Shown here piece by piece: positions 9,652-19,041 of a stretch of 64,000 bases of DNA. The translations under genes were made by a program, and so were the position numbers. Where the stretch lies: assembly GCA_965203055.1 (NCBI GenBank), contig OZ241863.1, forward strand, positions 864,001 to 928,000, in the 5' to 3' direction. The notes under the pieces were generated by a model. The model did not search any database. It was not told the DNA's origin and saw only the letters and a list, made by a program, of their open reading frames with translations. Position 1 is the first letter of the stretch; every line of letters starts with the position of its first letter. The DNA is from Spirochaetia bacterium. Its GTDB lineage: Bacteria; Spirochaetota; Spirochaetia; SZUA-6; Bin103.

Positions 9652-11208
9652 TCAGGCGGATTCCGTTTCGAACGCCGTGACGGCACGCGACTTGGAGCTC
9701 ACCTCCACGCCGATCAGGTGGACGGCGCGTCCCGGCGCGCGGTGCTTGTCGGCATAGCGCCGATCCCGGAGCTGCGCCAGCGCCGCGCCCGGCTCCGAGC
9801 GCTCCGCTACCTTGATCTCGATCAGGTAGGCGTTGCCGGCCAGAAAGACCGCCATGTCGAGCCGGCCGCGGCTGGAGGCATCCTCCACCACCACGCCGTC
9901 CATGGACGCCTGGAACCATGCGTAGAACACGCTCGACCAATAGCCTTCGTAGCGGGCGATGTCATTGCGCCGGTGCCAGTCGTGGGGGATGCCGGCCAGC
10001 AGCCCGCGGAACAGCGTCTCCACGCCGGGCCAGTCCTGCGCGGCCAGCAGACGCCGCAGCGCGCCGCCGTCTCCGCCGGCCGACCGCCAGTTGGGCGCCA
10101 GCGCCTCCAGCAGGCTCTCGTTCAGGCCCCGCCGAACCTCCCGATTCGGATAGGTCAGCCGGTACTGTGGATAGCCGTCCGGATCGTCGTCTTCCCCGGC
10201 GATCGTCAGGTAGCCGGTCTGGAACAGCAGCGCTTCCACGGCGACGTGGTCGACGTCGAAGGATGACAGCAGCGCCTCGCTGGCGTGGACGCGCTCCAGG
10301 TTGGGCGCCGCGAAGCCGCGGCCGATCAGCGTGTCGACCAGGAACCGCGGCGTGGCGGTTTCGAACCAGTGCGCGCGGAATCGGCGGCTGGCGAACAGCT
10401 TGAGGATGCCGAACGGGTTATAGACGTGCTCGGCGCCAAGCCAGCGGTAGCCGTCGTACCACTCGGCTATCCGCTCCCGGTCCAGACCCGGCAGCTCGGC
10501 GGCGAACACCTGGTCCAGGTCGGCGTTCGTGTACCCGCAGATCGCCGAGTACCGAGGGTCGAGGGTGATGTCGGTAAGGTTGTTGAGGTCGGAGAAGAGG
10601 CTCACCTTGGAGAACCGGCTCACCCCGGTGATGAAGGTGAGTTCCACGTGCGCGTCGTAGTCCTTGATCGTCCCATACAGCCCGCGCAGGTCGTCCCGGT
10701 TGGCGGTCGCACGCTCCCGGTCCTCCAGGGCGTCCAGGATCGGCTTGTCATACTCATCGACCAGCACCACCACGCGCTTTCCTGCCTGCAGGTGCAGCTC
10801 TTTCAGAAGTCGCGCGAACCGCCCCGGCGCCGTCGCGCCGTCGTAGGCGGGAACCCCCGACTCGCGTTCGAGGTCCGCCAGTTGCTCGTTCATGCGCGCC
10901 GGCAGCACGCCCGGTCGCTTGAAGTTGCCGCTGCCGAAGCTCAGCCGCACCACCGGGTGGCGTGTGGTCCAGTCCCATCCGTCGTGAACGGCCAGGCCGC
11001 GGAACAGCTCCTCGCTCGCCTCGAACAGCTCCTTGAGGGTGTCGAGGAACAGGCTCTTGCCGAAGCGGCGCGGGCGGGACAGGAAGTAGTGCTTGCCGGG
11101 GTCGTCCACGAGCCGGCGGGCGTAGCCGGTCTTGTCGACGTAGTAGAAGCCCTCCTCGCGTATCTGGCGGAAGGTCTGGATGCCGACGGGGAGCTTCCGC
11201 TTGCCCAT
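9652..11208 (-). CDS. AAA-ATPase-like protein with C-terminal PD-(D/E)XK nuclease domain
   Basis: 'KLPVGIQTF','YYVDKT','SRPRRFGKS','VDEYDKP'; C-terminal 'GRLDM...IEIK...ALAQ'; start at ATG 11208. Confidence 0.92.
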   Translation of the reverse strand: MGKRKLPVGIQTFRQIREEGFYYVDKTGYARRLVDDPGKHYFLSRPRRFGKSLFLDTLKELFEASEELFRGLAVHDGWDWTTRHPVVRLSFGSGNFKRPGVLPARMNEQLADLERESGVPAYDGATAPGRFARLLKELHLQAGKRVVVLVDEYDKPILDALEDRERATANRDDLRGLYGTIKDYDAHVELTFITGVSRFSKVSLFSDLNNLTDITLDPRYSAICGYTNADLDQVFAAELPGLDRERIAEWYDGYRWLGAEHVYNPFGILKLFASRRFRAHWFETATPRFLVDTLIGRGFAAPNLERVHASEALLSSFDVDHVAVEALLFQTGYLTIAGEDDDPDGYPQYRLTYPNREVRRGLNESLLEALAPNWRSAGGDGGALRRLLAAQDWPGVETLFRGLLAGIPHDWHRRNDIARYEGYWSSVFYAWFQASMDGVVVEDASSRGRLDMAVFLAGNAYLIEIKVAERSEPGAALAQLRDRRYADKHRAPGRAVHLIGVEVSSKSRAVTAFETESA

Positions 11209-11315
11209 GGCGGTATTATGCTCCCGGAGCCGCGACCGCGCCACCGGTGACGGACGACGGCAATCCGGTGGGCGCCTACGGTTCATCTTGCTACGATACG
11301 ATACCCGCTGATGCC

Positions 11316-12720
11316 TGAGATATAACCGGAAGTTGTGGATGGGATGAAAAGAGCGCATCCTCCCAAGAACGATTCAACCACGAATCAGGAGGAGTACGCT
11401 CGTGGAGAACAATACCGGCAGGACCACCGAGGCTCAAGGTCCTCAAGGTCCTGGTGCCATTCTGGATGAGATCGTACGCGCCGGAGCGCGGCAGATGCTG
11501 GCTGCGGCGCTGGAGGCGGAAGTGGACGAGTTCCTGGCGCGGTACGCTGACCAGCGGGATCAGCACGGCCACCGGCTGGCGGTCCGCAACGGCCATCTGC
11601 CGAAGCGCTCGTTGGTCACCGGGATCGGTCCGATCCCGATCCGGCAGCCGCGGGTCGATGACCGCCAGCTCGCCAAGCAGGGAGAGTCGAGGTTCAGCAG
11701 CGCGATCCTGCCGCGCTACGCGAGACGGACGCCGAGTGTGGACAGCCTGATACCGACGCTGTACCTGAAGGGGGTATCGAGCGGGGACTTCTCGCAGGCG
11801 CTGGCGGCGATCCTGGGAGAGCAGGCCGCAGGGCTGAGCGCGACCAACGTGGTGCGGCTGAAGAAGGTGTGGGAAGCGGAGTACCGGGAGTGGACGCAGC
11901 GTGATCTGAGCGGCAAGAGGTACGTGTACTTCTGGGCCGACGGCCTGCACGTGAACGTGCGACTGGACGAGGAGCGCAGTTGCATCCTGGTGATCATGGG
12001 CGCCGACGAGCAGGGGCGCAAGGAAGTGGTGGCGGTCAGCGACGGCTACCGGGAGAGCAAGACGGCGTGGTGTGAGCTGCTGTTGGACCTGCGGCGGCGT
12101 GGGCTGACGAAGGGGCCGCGGCTGGCGACGGCGGACGGGGCGTTGGGATTCTGGGCGGCGTTGCGGGAGGTGTATCCGGGAACGGAGGAACAGACCTGCT
12201 GGTTCCACAAGGCCGGCAACGTGCTGGACAAGATGCCGCAGTCGGTGCAGGGGCGGGCGAAGACGATGATCCGCGAGATGTGGCAAGCGCCGTCGTTGGA
12301 GCATGCTACCAGCGCCTACCACCAGTTCTGCACGGCGTGGGAGGCGAAGTACCCGAAGGCGGTCGCCAGCCTGCGCAAGGATGAAGGCTCGCTGTTCAGC
12401 TTCTATGGGTTTCCGGCGGCGCACTGGATCCATCTGCGGACCAGCAACCCGATCGAGTCGACGTATGCGACGGTGCGGCTGCGGACGAAGCGGACGAAGG
12501 GCTGCGGGTCGCGGGCGGCGACGCTGACGATGGTCTGGAAGCTGGCGCTGGAAGCGCAGCGGAGGTGGCGCCGGCTGATGGGCTTCAAACTCATACCCCT
12601 GGTGATGGAGGGGCGTGAATTCGTAGACGGCGAGCTGACGGAGGCAGCGGCTTAGAGAGACGACAGAACGATTGGAGATGCGCTCGCTGATTCTCAATCC
12701 ACAAGACTTGACAATATCTC
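11316..12720 (+). mobile_element. IS256-family insertion sequence
   Basis: Imperfect terminal IRs GAGATATAACCGGAAGTTGTGGAT (11317-11340) and ATCCACAAGACTTGACAATATCTC (12697-12720); flanking direct repeat GCTGATGCC at 11307-11315 and 12721-12729. Confidence 0.93.
11402..12655 (+). CDS. IS256-family DDE transposase
   Basis: 'RNGH', 'LYLKGVS', 'YFWADG', 'ATADG', 'CWFHK', 'RTSNPIES'; RBS AGGAGGAG upstream. Confidence 0.95.
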   Translation: MENNTGRTTEAQGPQGPGAILDEIVRAGARQMLAAALEAEVDEFLARYADQRDQHGHRLAVRNGHLPKRSLVTGIGPIPIRQPRVDDRQLAKQGESRFSSAILPRYARRTPSVDSLIPTLYLKGVSSGDFSQALAAILGEQAAGLSATNVVRLKKVWEAEYREWTQRDLSGKRYVYFWADGLHVNVRLDEERSCILVIMGADEQGRKEVVAVSDGYRESKTAWCELLLDLRRRGLTKGPRLATADGALGFWAALREVYPGTEEQTCWFHKAGNVLDKMPQSVQGRAKTMIREMWQAPSLEHATSAYHQFCTAWEAKYPKAVASLRKDEGSLFSFYGFPAAHWIHLRTSNPIESTYATVRLRTKRTKGCGSRAATLTMVWKLALEAQRRWRRLMGFKLIPLVMEGREFVDGELTEAAA

Positions 12721-12724
12721 GCTG

Positions 12725-14710
12725 ATGCCCGAACACGGTTACTTCGCCAATCTGATCTGGCAGATCGCCGACCTGCTGCGCGGCCCCTACCGGCCGCCGC
12801 AGTACGAGCGCGTGATGCTGCCGATGACCGTGCTGCGCCGCTTCGACTGCGTGCTGGCGGCCACCAAGGGCAAGGTGTTGGCCGAGTATCGGCGGCGGCG
12901 CAAGGGCAGGCTGCAGGGCGAGGCCCTGGACCGCCGGCTCAACACGGTCGCGGGCCAGCGCTTCCACAACCATTCGGACCTCGACTTCGAGAAGCTGCAG
13001 GGCGACCCCGACCACATCGCGCAACACCTGGTCAGCTACATTCAGGGCTTCTCGGCGGAGGTGCGCCGCATCTTCGAGTACTTCGAGTTCCAGGCGGAGA
13101 TCGAGAAGATGCACGAGGCGAACATCCTCTACATGATCGTCTCGCAGTTCCGGTCGGTCGACCTGCACCCCGGCGCCGTGCCGAACCCGCAGATGGGCCT
13201 GATCTTCGAGAACCTGATCCGGCGCTTCAACGAGCTGGCCAATGAGACGGCGGGCGATCACTTCACCCCGCGCGAGGTGATCCGGCTGATGGTGAGCGTG
13301 CTGTTCATCCGCGACGACGACCTGCTGGCCGCGCCGGGCGCGGTGCGGAAGCTCCTCGACCCGGCCTGCGGCACCGGCGGCATGCTGGCCGAGGCGCAGA
13401 GCTATCTGCGCGACCATCATCCCGCCGCCCGGCTCTTCGTCTACGGGCAGGACTACAACAAGCGCGCCTACGCCACCGCCGCCTCCGACATGCTGATGAA
13501 GGAGGTGAGCCAGAACGGCGACGCCGACGGCGTGCGCTTCGGCGACAGCCTCACCGAGGACCGGTTCGACGGCGAGACCTATGACTACTTCCTGACCAAC
13601 CCGCCATTCGGCGTCGACTGGAAGCGGCAGCAGCGGGAGATCAGGCGCGAGCACGACCAACGGGGCTTTGCCGGACGGTTCGGCGCCGGGCTGCCGCGCG
13701 TCAACGACGGCTCGCTGCTGTTCCTGCAGCACATGGTCGCCAAGTTCGAGCCGGTACGCCTGTCCGAGCACCGGCACGGCTCGCGGCTCGCCATCGTCTT
13801 CAGCGGTTCGCCGCTGTTCGCCGGCGGCGCCGGCTCCGGCGAAAGCGACATCCGCCGCTGGCTGATCGAGAACGACTGGCTGGAAGCGATCATCGCCCTG
13901 CCGGAACAGATGTTCTACAACACCGGCATCGGCACCTACGTCTGGATCGTCACCAACCGCAAGGAGGAACGGCGCAAGGGCTGGATTCAGCTGCTCGACG
14001 CGCGCGAGCTCTGGACCCCCGGCGGCAGCGCGCAGAGCCGGCGCAGCCTTGGCGACAAGCGCCGCCACCTTGCCGACCATCAGATCGACCGGATCGTGCG
14101 GCTGTACGGCCGCTTCGAGGACGACGAGCGCTGCAAGCGCTTCCGCAACGTCGACTTCGGCTTCACGCGCGTCACCGTGGAGCGTCCGCTGCGCCTGCGC
14201 TTCCGGATGACGAATGAGGGCAAGGAGCAATTTCTGGAGGTCTGTCCCGAGTTGCTCGACGACGTGCTGGCCATCGACCAGTCTCTCGGCCCGGAACCGG
14301 CGTACGACTGGAACGCCGTACGGCGGCGCATCGCCGGCCTGCTGCGCGAACGCCGGTCGCGCTGGAAGGAGCCGCAGCGCAAGCTGTTCCGCCAGGCGTT
14401 CACCGCCAAGGATGCCCGGGCGGAACCGGTCGAGCAGGAGCGCGGCGGCGGCTTCGAGCCCGATCCTGCGCTGCGCGACTTCGAGAACGTACCGCTGGCC
14501 GAAGAGATCGCCGCCTACTTCGAGCGCGAGGTGCTCCCGCACGTACCCGACGCCTGGATCGACCGGAAAAAGGACAAGATCGGCTACGAGATCAACTTCA
14601 ACCGCCACTTCTACCGCTACGCCCCGCCCCGCCCGCTGGAGGCGATCGACGCCGACCTGAAGCGGTCCGAAGCCAAGATCGTCAGCCTGCTCAAAGAGGT
14701 AACGAAATGA
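12725..14710 (+). CDS. hsdM: Type I restriction-modification methyltransferase subunit
   Basis: 'IWQIADLLRG', 'HFTPREVI', motif I 'DPACGTGGM', motif IV 'NPPF', C-terminal 'GYEINFNRHFY'. Confidence 0.96.
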   Translation: MPEHGYFANLIWQIADLLRGPYRPPQYERVMLPMTVLRRFDCVLAATKGKVLAEYRRRRKGRLQGEALDRRLNTVAGQRFHNHSDLDFEKLQGDPDHIAQHLVSYIQGFSAEVRRIFEYFEFQAEIEKMHEANILYMIVSQFRSVDLHPGAVPNPQMGLIFENLIRRFNELANETAGDHFTPREVIRLMVSVLFIRDDDLLAAPGAVRKLLDPACGTGGMLAEAQSYLRDHHPAARLFVYGQDYNKRAYATAASDMLMKEVSQNGDADGVRFGDSLTEDRFDGETYDYFLTNPPFGVDWKRQQREIRREHDQRGFAGRFGAGLPRVNDGSLLFLQHMVAKFEPVRLSEHRHGSRLAIVFSGSPLFAGGAGSGESDIRRWLIENDWLEAIIALPEQMFYNTGIGTYVWIVTNRKEERRKGWIQLLDARELWTPGGSAQSRRSLGDKRRHLADHQIDRIVRLYGRFEDDERCKRFRNVDFGFTRVTVERPLRLRFRMTNEGKEQFLEVCPELLDDVLAIDQSLGPEPAYDWNAVRRRIAGLLRERRSRWKEPQRKLFRQAFTAKDARAEPVEQERGGGFEPDPALRDFENVPLAEEIAAYFEREVLPHVPDAWIDRKKDKIGYEINFNRHFYRYAPPRPLEAIDADLKRSEAKIVSLLKEVTK

Positions 14711-14735
14711 TCTTATCCTCCGGCGGAGGTCCGGC

Positions 14736-16430
14736 ATGCAACTGACCAGCGTCCGTATCCGCAACTACCGGTGCATCAAGGACATCAGCATCGACCTGGA
14801 CCAAACTACCGTATTGATCGGAGAAAACAACTCCGGCAAGACCGCGTTCCTGCATGCGATACGTGCTTGTCTCGACGAGTTGCGAGCACGAAGCACGCGG
14901 TTGTTCCACGAGTACGACTACCATCTCCCGAATCGCGAATCCTCTCCCGTGGATTCGGATCCCATAGTGATCGAGCTGTCCTTCATCGAACCGGAGCCGG
15001 ACTCGTGGGATGGTGATCTCATCGGCGAAATCACTGACATCGCGGCCTTCGATAGCTCGAACCGCTATCGTATCGTATTTCGGTTGACGTCGGCCTTCGA
15101 TCGAGAGACCGAAGAATTCTCCGTCGAGTGGGCGTTTCTCGATGCCGAAGGGAACGAGCTTTCTGGTGCCGCAAGAAGTGCCGTGCAGCTTGCGATATTG
15201 CAGAGGATGGCACCGATATTTTATTTGCCTGCGCTGCGCGACTCGTCTCATTTTGGAACACGCGGCCGGTTCTGGCGTGACTTCCTTTCGGAGTCCGGCA
15301 TTCCGGAAGGTGACCGCAAGCGCTTCGAGAGGGCATTCTCAGAACTAAACGACGAACTGATCTCCACTCATGAGCCGCTGAATACCGTACGATCGAGACT
15401 CGAAGACGCGCGAAAGGTAATGGACTTCGGTCCAGCCGGCGATGCCGTGGCCATCGACGCACTGCCGACCAAGCTGTTCTCACTGCTGTCCCGAACTCAA
15501 GTGAGCCTCAGTGCCCCGTCGGGCGCGAAGATTCCCGTTGACCGCCAAGGCGAGGGTACGCAGAGTCTGGCAGTACTGCTGTTGTTTGGCGCGTTCTTGC
15601 GCAGCCAGCAATTGGACCGCCTGGCAAGTCCGATCACTGCGCTCGAAGAACCGGAGGCGCATCTGCACCCGTCGGCGATTCGCTCCTTGGCGCAGGTCGT
15701 CCGCGATCTGCCGGGACAGAAGCTGGTATCCAGCCACAGCGGCGACCTCCTCGCAAGCGTAGATATCCGGTCGATCCGGCGCTTCGTTCGTTCGGATGGC
15801 GACATCAGCGTGCATCGCATTCGTCCCGACTCGCTGACTCATGATGAGACAAGAAAGTTCGATTTCCACGTACGGCGGAGCCGCGGTGAGTTGCTATTCG
15901 CAAGGTGTTGGCTGCTGGTGGAAGGAGAGACCGAAACGGTGCTGTTTTCGGGTGCGGCCGAAGCGCTCGACTACGACATCGAGCGCAAGGGCGTGCGCTG
16001 TGTGGAGTTCAGCCAGACCAACGTCGGTATGCTGATCAAGGTAGCCGACCAATTGGGAATCGAGTGGTACTGCGTTCTTGACGATGACAGAGCAGGCAGG
16101 AATTATGGGCGGGCTGTACGGGCGCAGCATGACGGCGATGCGAGTAGCCGATTGATCACGCCGTATCAGAACGTCGAGCGGTTTCTTTGCGATCATGGTT
16201 TCGGCGACATCTACGTGTCCGGGATGTCCTCGCAGAAACCCCCTCCGTCCGCGCCGGAAGGCACTGCTGAGTACTGGCGACAGGTCCTTGCGGCGTTGCC
16301 GAGAGGATACAGCAAACCTCGGGCGGCGTTGGAGGCCGTGCTGAGGATGAAGGCGAAGGAGACGCCGGTCCCTGAATTGCTTCGGTCGATCCTCGACAGT
16401 TCGGTCGAATTGGCTCGGAAACGATCATGA
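14736..16430 (+). CDS. gajA: OLD-family ATP-dependent nuclease (ABC ATPase + TOPRIM), GajA-like
   Basis: 'IRNYRCI', Walker A GENNSGKT, 'LEEPEAHLHP', 'SSHS', TOPRIM 'LLVEGETE' and 'LDDD'; followed by a UvrD helicase. Confidence 0.85.
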   Translation: MQLTSVRIRNYRCIKDISIDLDQTTVLIGENNSGKTAFLHAIRACLDELRARSTRLFHEYDYHLPNRESSPVDSDPIVIELSFIEPEPDSWDGDLIGEITDIAAFDSSNRYRIVFRLTSAFDRETEEFSVEWAFLDAEGNELSGAARSAVQLAILQRMAPIFYLPALRDSSHFGTRGRFWRDFLSESGIPEGDRKRFERAFSELNDELISTHEPLNTVRSRLEDARKVMDFGPAGDAVAIDALPTKLFSLLSRTQVSLSAPSGAKIPVDRQGEGTQSLAVLLLFGAFLRSQQLDRLASPITALEEPEAHLHPSAIRSLAQVVRDLPGQKLVSSHSGDLLASVDIRSIRRFVRSDGDISVHRIRPDSLTHDETRKFDFHVRRSRGELLFARCWLLVEGETETVLFSGAAEALDYDIERKGVRCVEFSQTNVGMLIKVADQLGIEWYCVLDDDRAGRNYGRAVRAQHDGDASSRLITPYQNVERFLCDHGFGDIYVSGMSSQKPPPSAPEGTAEYWRQVLAALPRGYSKPRAALEAVLRMKAKETPVPELLRSILDSSVELARKRS

Positions 16431-18325
16431 CCGCACTGAACGGCATGAACGCGAACCAGTTGCAGGCGGTAAAGTGGGATCGGGGACCGATGCTCGTGCT
16501 GGCCGGACCGGGATCGGGCAAGACCGCGGTGCTGACCGAGCGCGTCGCCCGTCTGATTCGCGAGTATGCCGATGCTCGATTTCGGGTGCTGGGGTTGACG
16601 TTCACCACCAAGGCGGCGGACGAGATGCGGGAACGAGTGGAGCGGCGGCTCGGTACGAAGACCGGACGCGCCCGCATGGCCACGTTTCATTCCTTCTGCG
16701 CCGAGGTGCTCCGTCAACACGGCAGTCACCTGGGACTGCGTCCGGATTTCGAGATTCTGGCACGTGAGGAGGACAGGGTCCGCGTACTCGACGAGGCGAT
16801 CCGCAAGACGGATTCGCCGGAACTGCCGGCGGTCGGAGGCGCCGGTGTGGTACGCATGATCGATCATCTGTTTCGCGATGGTTTCGACGGTGAGGAGACT
16901 TCTCCGCTGCCGTTTTCCGGTACTCCCAAGGAGTGGATGCGGGCGGTCTACAATACCTATCTTGATACGCTTGTCGCCGGCAACCAGCTGGACTACGGAG
17001 CGCTTCTCGTATGCTGCTTGCGTCTGTTTCGTGAGCGTCCCCGTATAGCCCGGCACTATCGGATCGTCTATCGACACGTTTGCGTAGACGAGTATCAGGA
17101 CACCAACAAGTGTCAGGATCTGATCCTGAGAAATCTCTGTCCGGTGGACGGGACCGACTTGTTCGTCGTCGCCGATGACGATCAGATCATCTACCAGTGG
17201 AACGGCGCCAGCCCGGCGCGTCTCGAAGACCTGCGCCGTGATTACCAAATGCAGGTCATCCAACTGCCGCAAAGCTATCGCTGTCCTGCCGCGGTCATCG
17301 AATTGGCGAATAACCTGATACGATACAACCTTGACCGGTCGTCGAGCAAGGCGGCATTGACCGCGGCTGGTTCCGCTTCGTGCTCCGACCCCGTTCGCAT
17401 TCGTCGATTTCGTGATCAGTCGCGGGAGGTCGCTTGGGTGGCCGCTGATATTCGCGAACGCGCCCGCCCCGGCGACAGTGTCGTGCTGGCGCGGAGTACC
17501 AAGCTTCTCAAATCGGTCGCCGGGGCGTTGCGAAAAGCCGGTCTGGTCGCCTATCTTCGCAGGTCGAAGCATGATCTCGAGTCAGCGCCCTTGCGCTTCG
17601 CGTGCGCTGCGTTACGCTTGTCGATCGGTCCGCGCGAGATCGACCAGCTCCGAGTCATGTGCAAGGCGTTCTTCGATCTGACGGGAATCGACGTGCGTGT
17701 GGAGCAGGCTGAGGCGGAAGGAGACGCCCATGGCGGCTCGCTATTGCGGGGATTCCTCGAGGTCGTGGCGACAGACCAGAAAGCTGCCGGCCTGGTCGAT
17801 GCGCTGCGCGACAGACTTGTGGATCGTCTGCAATACCTGGAGTTTGTCGACGATGTAGTCGCTTGGTACCGGGATGTCGGTCGGCATCGCGCCCCCGATG
17901 GATTCGAGGACGACGCGGAGGAGGAGTTCGCTATCTGGAAGGAACTCCGGCAGAAGGTAGCGCGAGATGTTGGTAAAGAGCCGCCGCTGAGCAGGTTCAT
18001 TCAGGAAATGGACCTTCGGCCCAAGATAGCGTCACCGGGCCGAAACGCGGTGCAGTGCCTGACGATTCATGCTGCGAAAGGCGGTGAGTTTCGCCATGTC
18101 TATCTGATCGGGCTTGTCGAGGATCAGTTACCGTCGTATCATGCCACGAAGACCGGCGCAAGCCCACGGGTGCTCGAAGAGGAACGCCGGAACTGCTTCG
18201 TAGCCATCACGAGGACGCAGGCGACCCTTACCCTGACACACTCAGATTCGTACTTCGGCTGGCAGAAAAGGCCGTCCCGGTTTCTTCATGAGATGGGCAT
18301 GAACCTGTCCCAGGAGGCATCGTGA
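16427..18325 (+). CDS. gajB: UvrD/Rep-like SF1 helicase, GajB-like
   Basis: 'LAGPGSGKT','TFTTKAA','TFHSFC','VDEYQD','TIHAAKGGEF','EEERRNCFVAITR'; ATGA overlap with gajA. Confidence 0.85.
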   Translation: MTALNGMNANQLQAVKWDRGPMLVLAGPGSGKTAVLTERVARLIREYADARFRVLGLTFTTKAADEMRERVERRLGTKTGRARMATFHSFCAEVLRQHGSHLGLRPDFEILAREEDRVRVLDEAIRKTDSPELPAVGGAGVVRMIDHLFRDGFDGEETSPLPFSGTPKEWMRAVYNTYLDTLVAGNQLDYGALLVCCLRLFRERPRIARHYRIVYRHVCVDEYQDTNKCQDLILRNLCPVDGTDLFVVADDDQIIYQWNGASPARLEDLRRDYQMQVIQLPQSYRCPAAVIELANNLIRYNLDRSSSKAALTAAGSASCSDPVRIRRFRDQSREVAWVAADIRERARPGDSVVLARSTKLLKSVAGALRKAGLVAYLRRSKHDLESAPLRFACAALRLSIGPREIDQLRVMCKAFFDLTGIDVRVEQAEAEGDAHGGSLLRGFLEVVATDQKAAGLVDALRDRLVDRLQYLEFVDDVVAWYRDVGRHRAPDGFEDDAEEEFAIWKELRQKVARDVGKEPPLSRFIQEMDLRPKIASPGRNAVQCLTIHAAKGGEFRHVYLIGLVEDQLPSYHATKTGASPRVLEEERRNCFVAITRTQATLTLTHSDSYFGWQKRPSRFLHEMGMNLSQEAS

Positions 18326-19041
18326 GGACCATCCGCCACTTCAGAACACTGTTCTACTACGACGGTCCCCAGGTCTTCGAAGCCCGTGATGCCGACGGCA
18401 GGCACTACGTTGTCGTGCTGGTCGATTCGGACTCGATCGGCGGCGAGCGCTACCTCGTCACCGGAGTTGTACCCGAACGACTCGGACTGTTTCGTTCCGG
18501 CGGCCTTGACCTGAGATCGCTGCTGGTCGAGTCGGACCGGGGAGATCGTTACGTGGCGACCGCGGACGCCGGCCTCGACCAGCCGTTGCTGCTCGAAAAG
18601 CTGACCGATCCTATCGAAGACGGCGGGCTTCTCCCGGATTCCGGGTTCCTGTTGCACGACAGAGATCTGAACATAGATGGGCAAATCGAAGAACTGAAGC
18701 TGATCGAGGACGGCTGGCTGGAAGGAAGGGGCAGTGCTCTATCCCAGGCAGGTCTCGACTGGCTTCGAGGCGTCTTCGTCCGCCACGCTCCGGACGACGT
18801 ACCGAAACCGTATCTTTATCCGACGGAAGCAGGTGGAGTTCAAGCCGAGTGGTCACTTGGATCTCGGGAGGCTACGCTTGAGGTGAATCTCGAGACGCAC
18901 GATGCTCAGTGGCACGTGCTCGACTTGCAGGCCGATGAGGTTCAGGAGCGCACGCTCAACTGTGACAGTGATGATGACTGGAAGTGGCTGATCGGACAGA
19001 TCAAACGCTACAAATCGAGCCGGCTAAGGCAGGCGACATGA
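18322..19041 (+). CDS. Hypothetical two-domain protein (N-terminus reminiscent of DUF6575)
   Basis: Coupled by 4-bp overlaps to both neighbours; 'LFYYDGPQVF...LLPDSGFLL' then 'DGWLEG...PYLYPTEAGGVQAEW'. Confidence 0.7.
   Translation: MRTIRHFRTLFYYDGPQVFEARDADGRHYVVVLVDSDSIGGERYLVTGVVPERLGLFRSGGLDLRSLLVESDRGDRYVATADAGLDQPLLLEKLTDPIEDGGLLPDSGFLLHDRDLNIDGQIEELKLIEDGWLEGRGSALSQAGLDWLRGVFVRHAPDDVPKPYLYPTEAGGVQAEWSLGSREATLEVNLETHDAQWHVLDLQADEVQERTLNCDSDDDWKWLIGQIKRYKSSRLRQAT

Noticed and set aside
12708..12740. IS-derived hybrid promoter for hsdM
   Set aside because: TTGACA lies only 11 nt before the ATG; the matching -10 position falls inside the ORF (GAACAC) and is not -10-like.
11291..14764. 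1157-aa minus-strand ORF
   Set aside because: Antisense shadow of the IS256 transposase and hsdM; it spans an IS boundary and has no motifs. A high-GC artefact.
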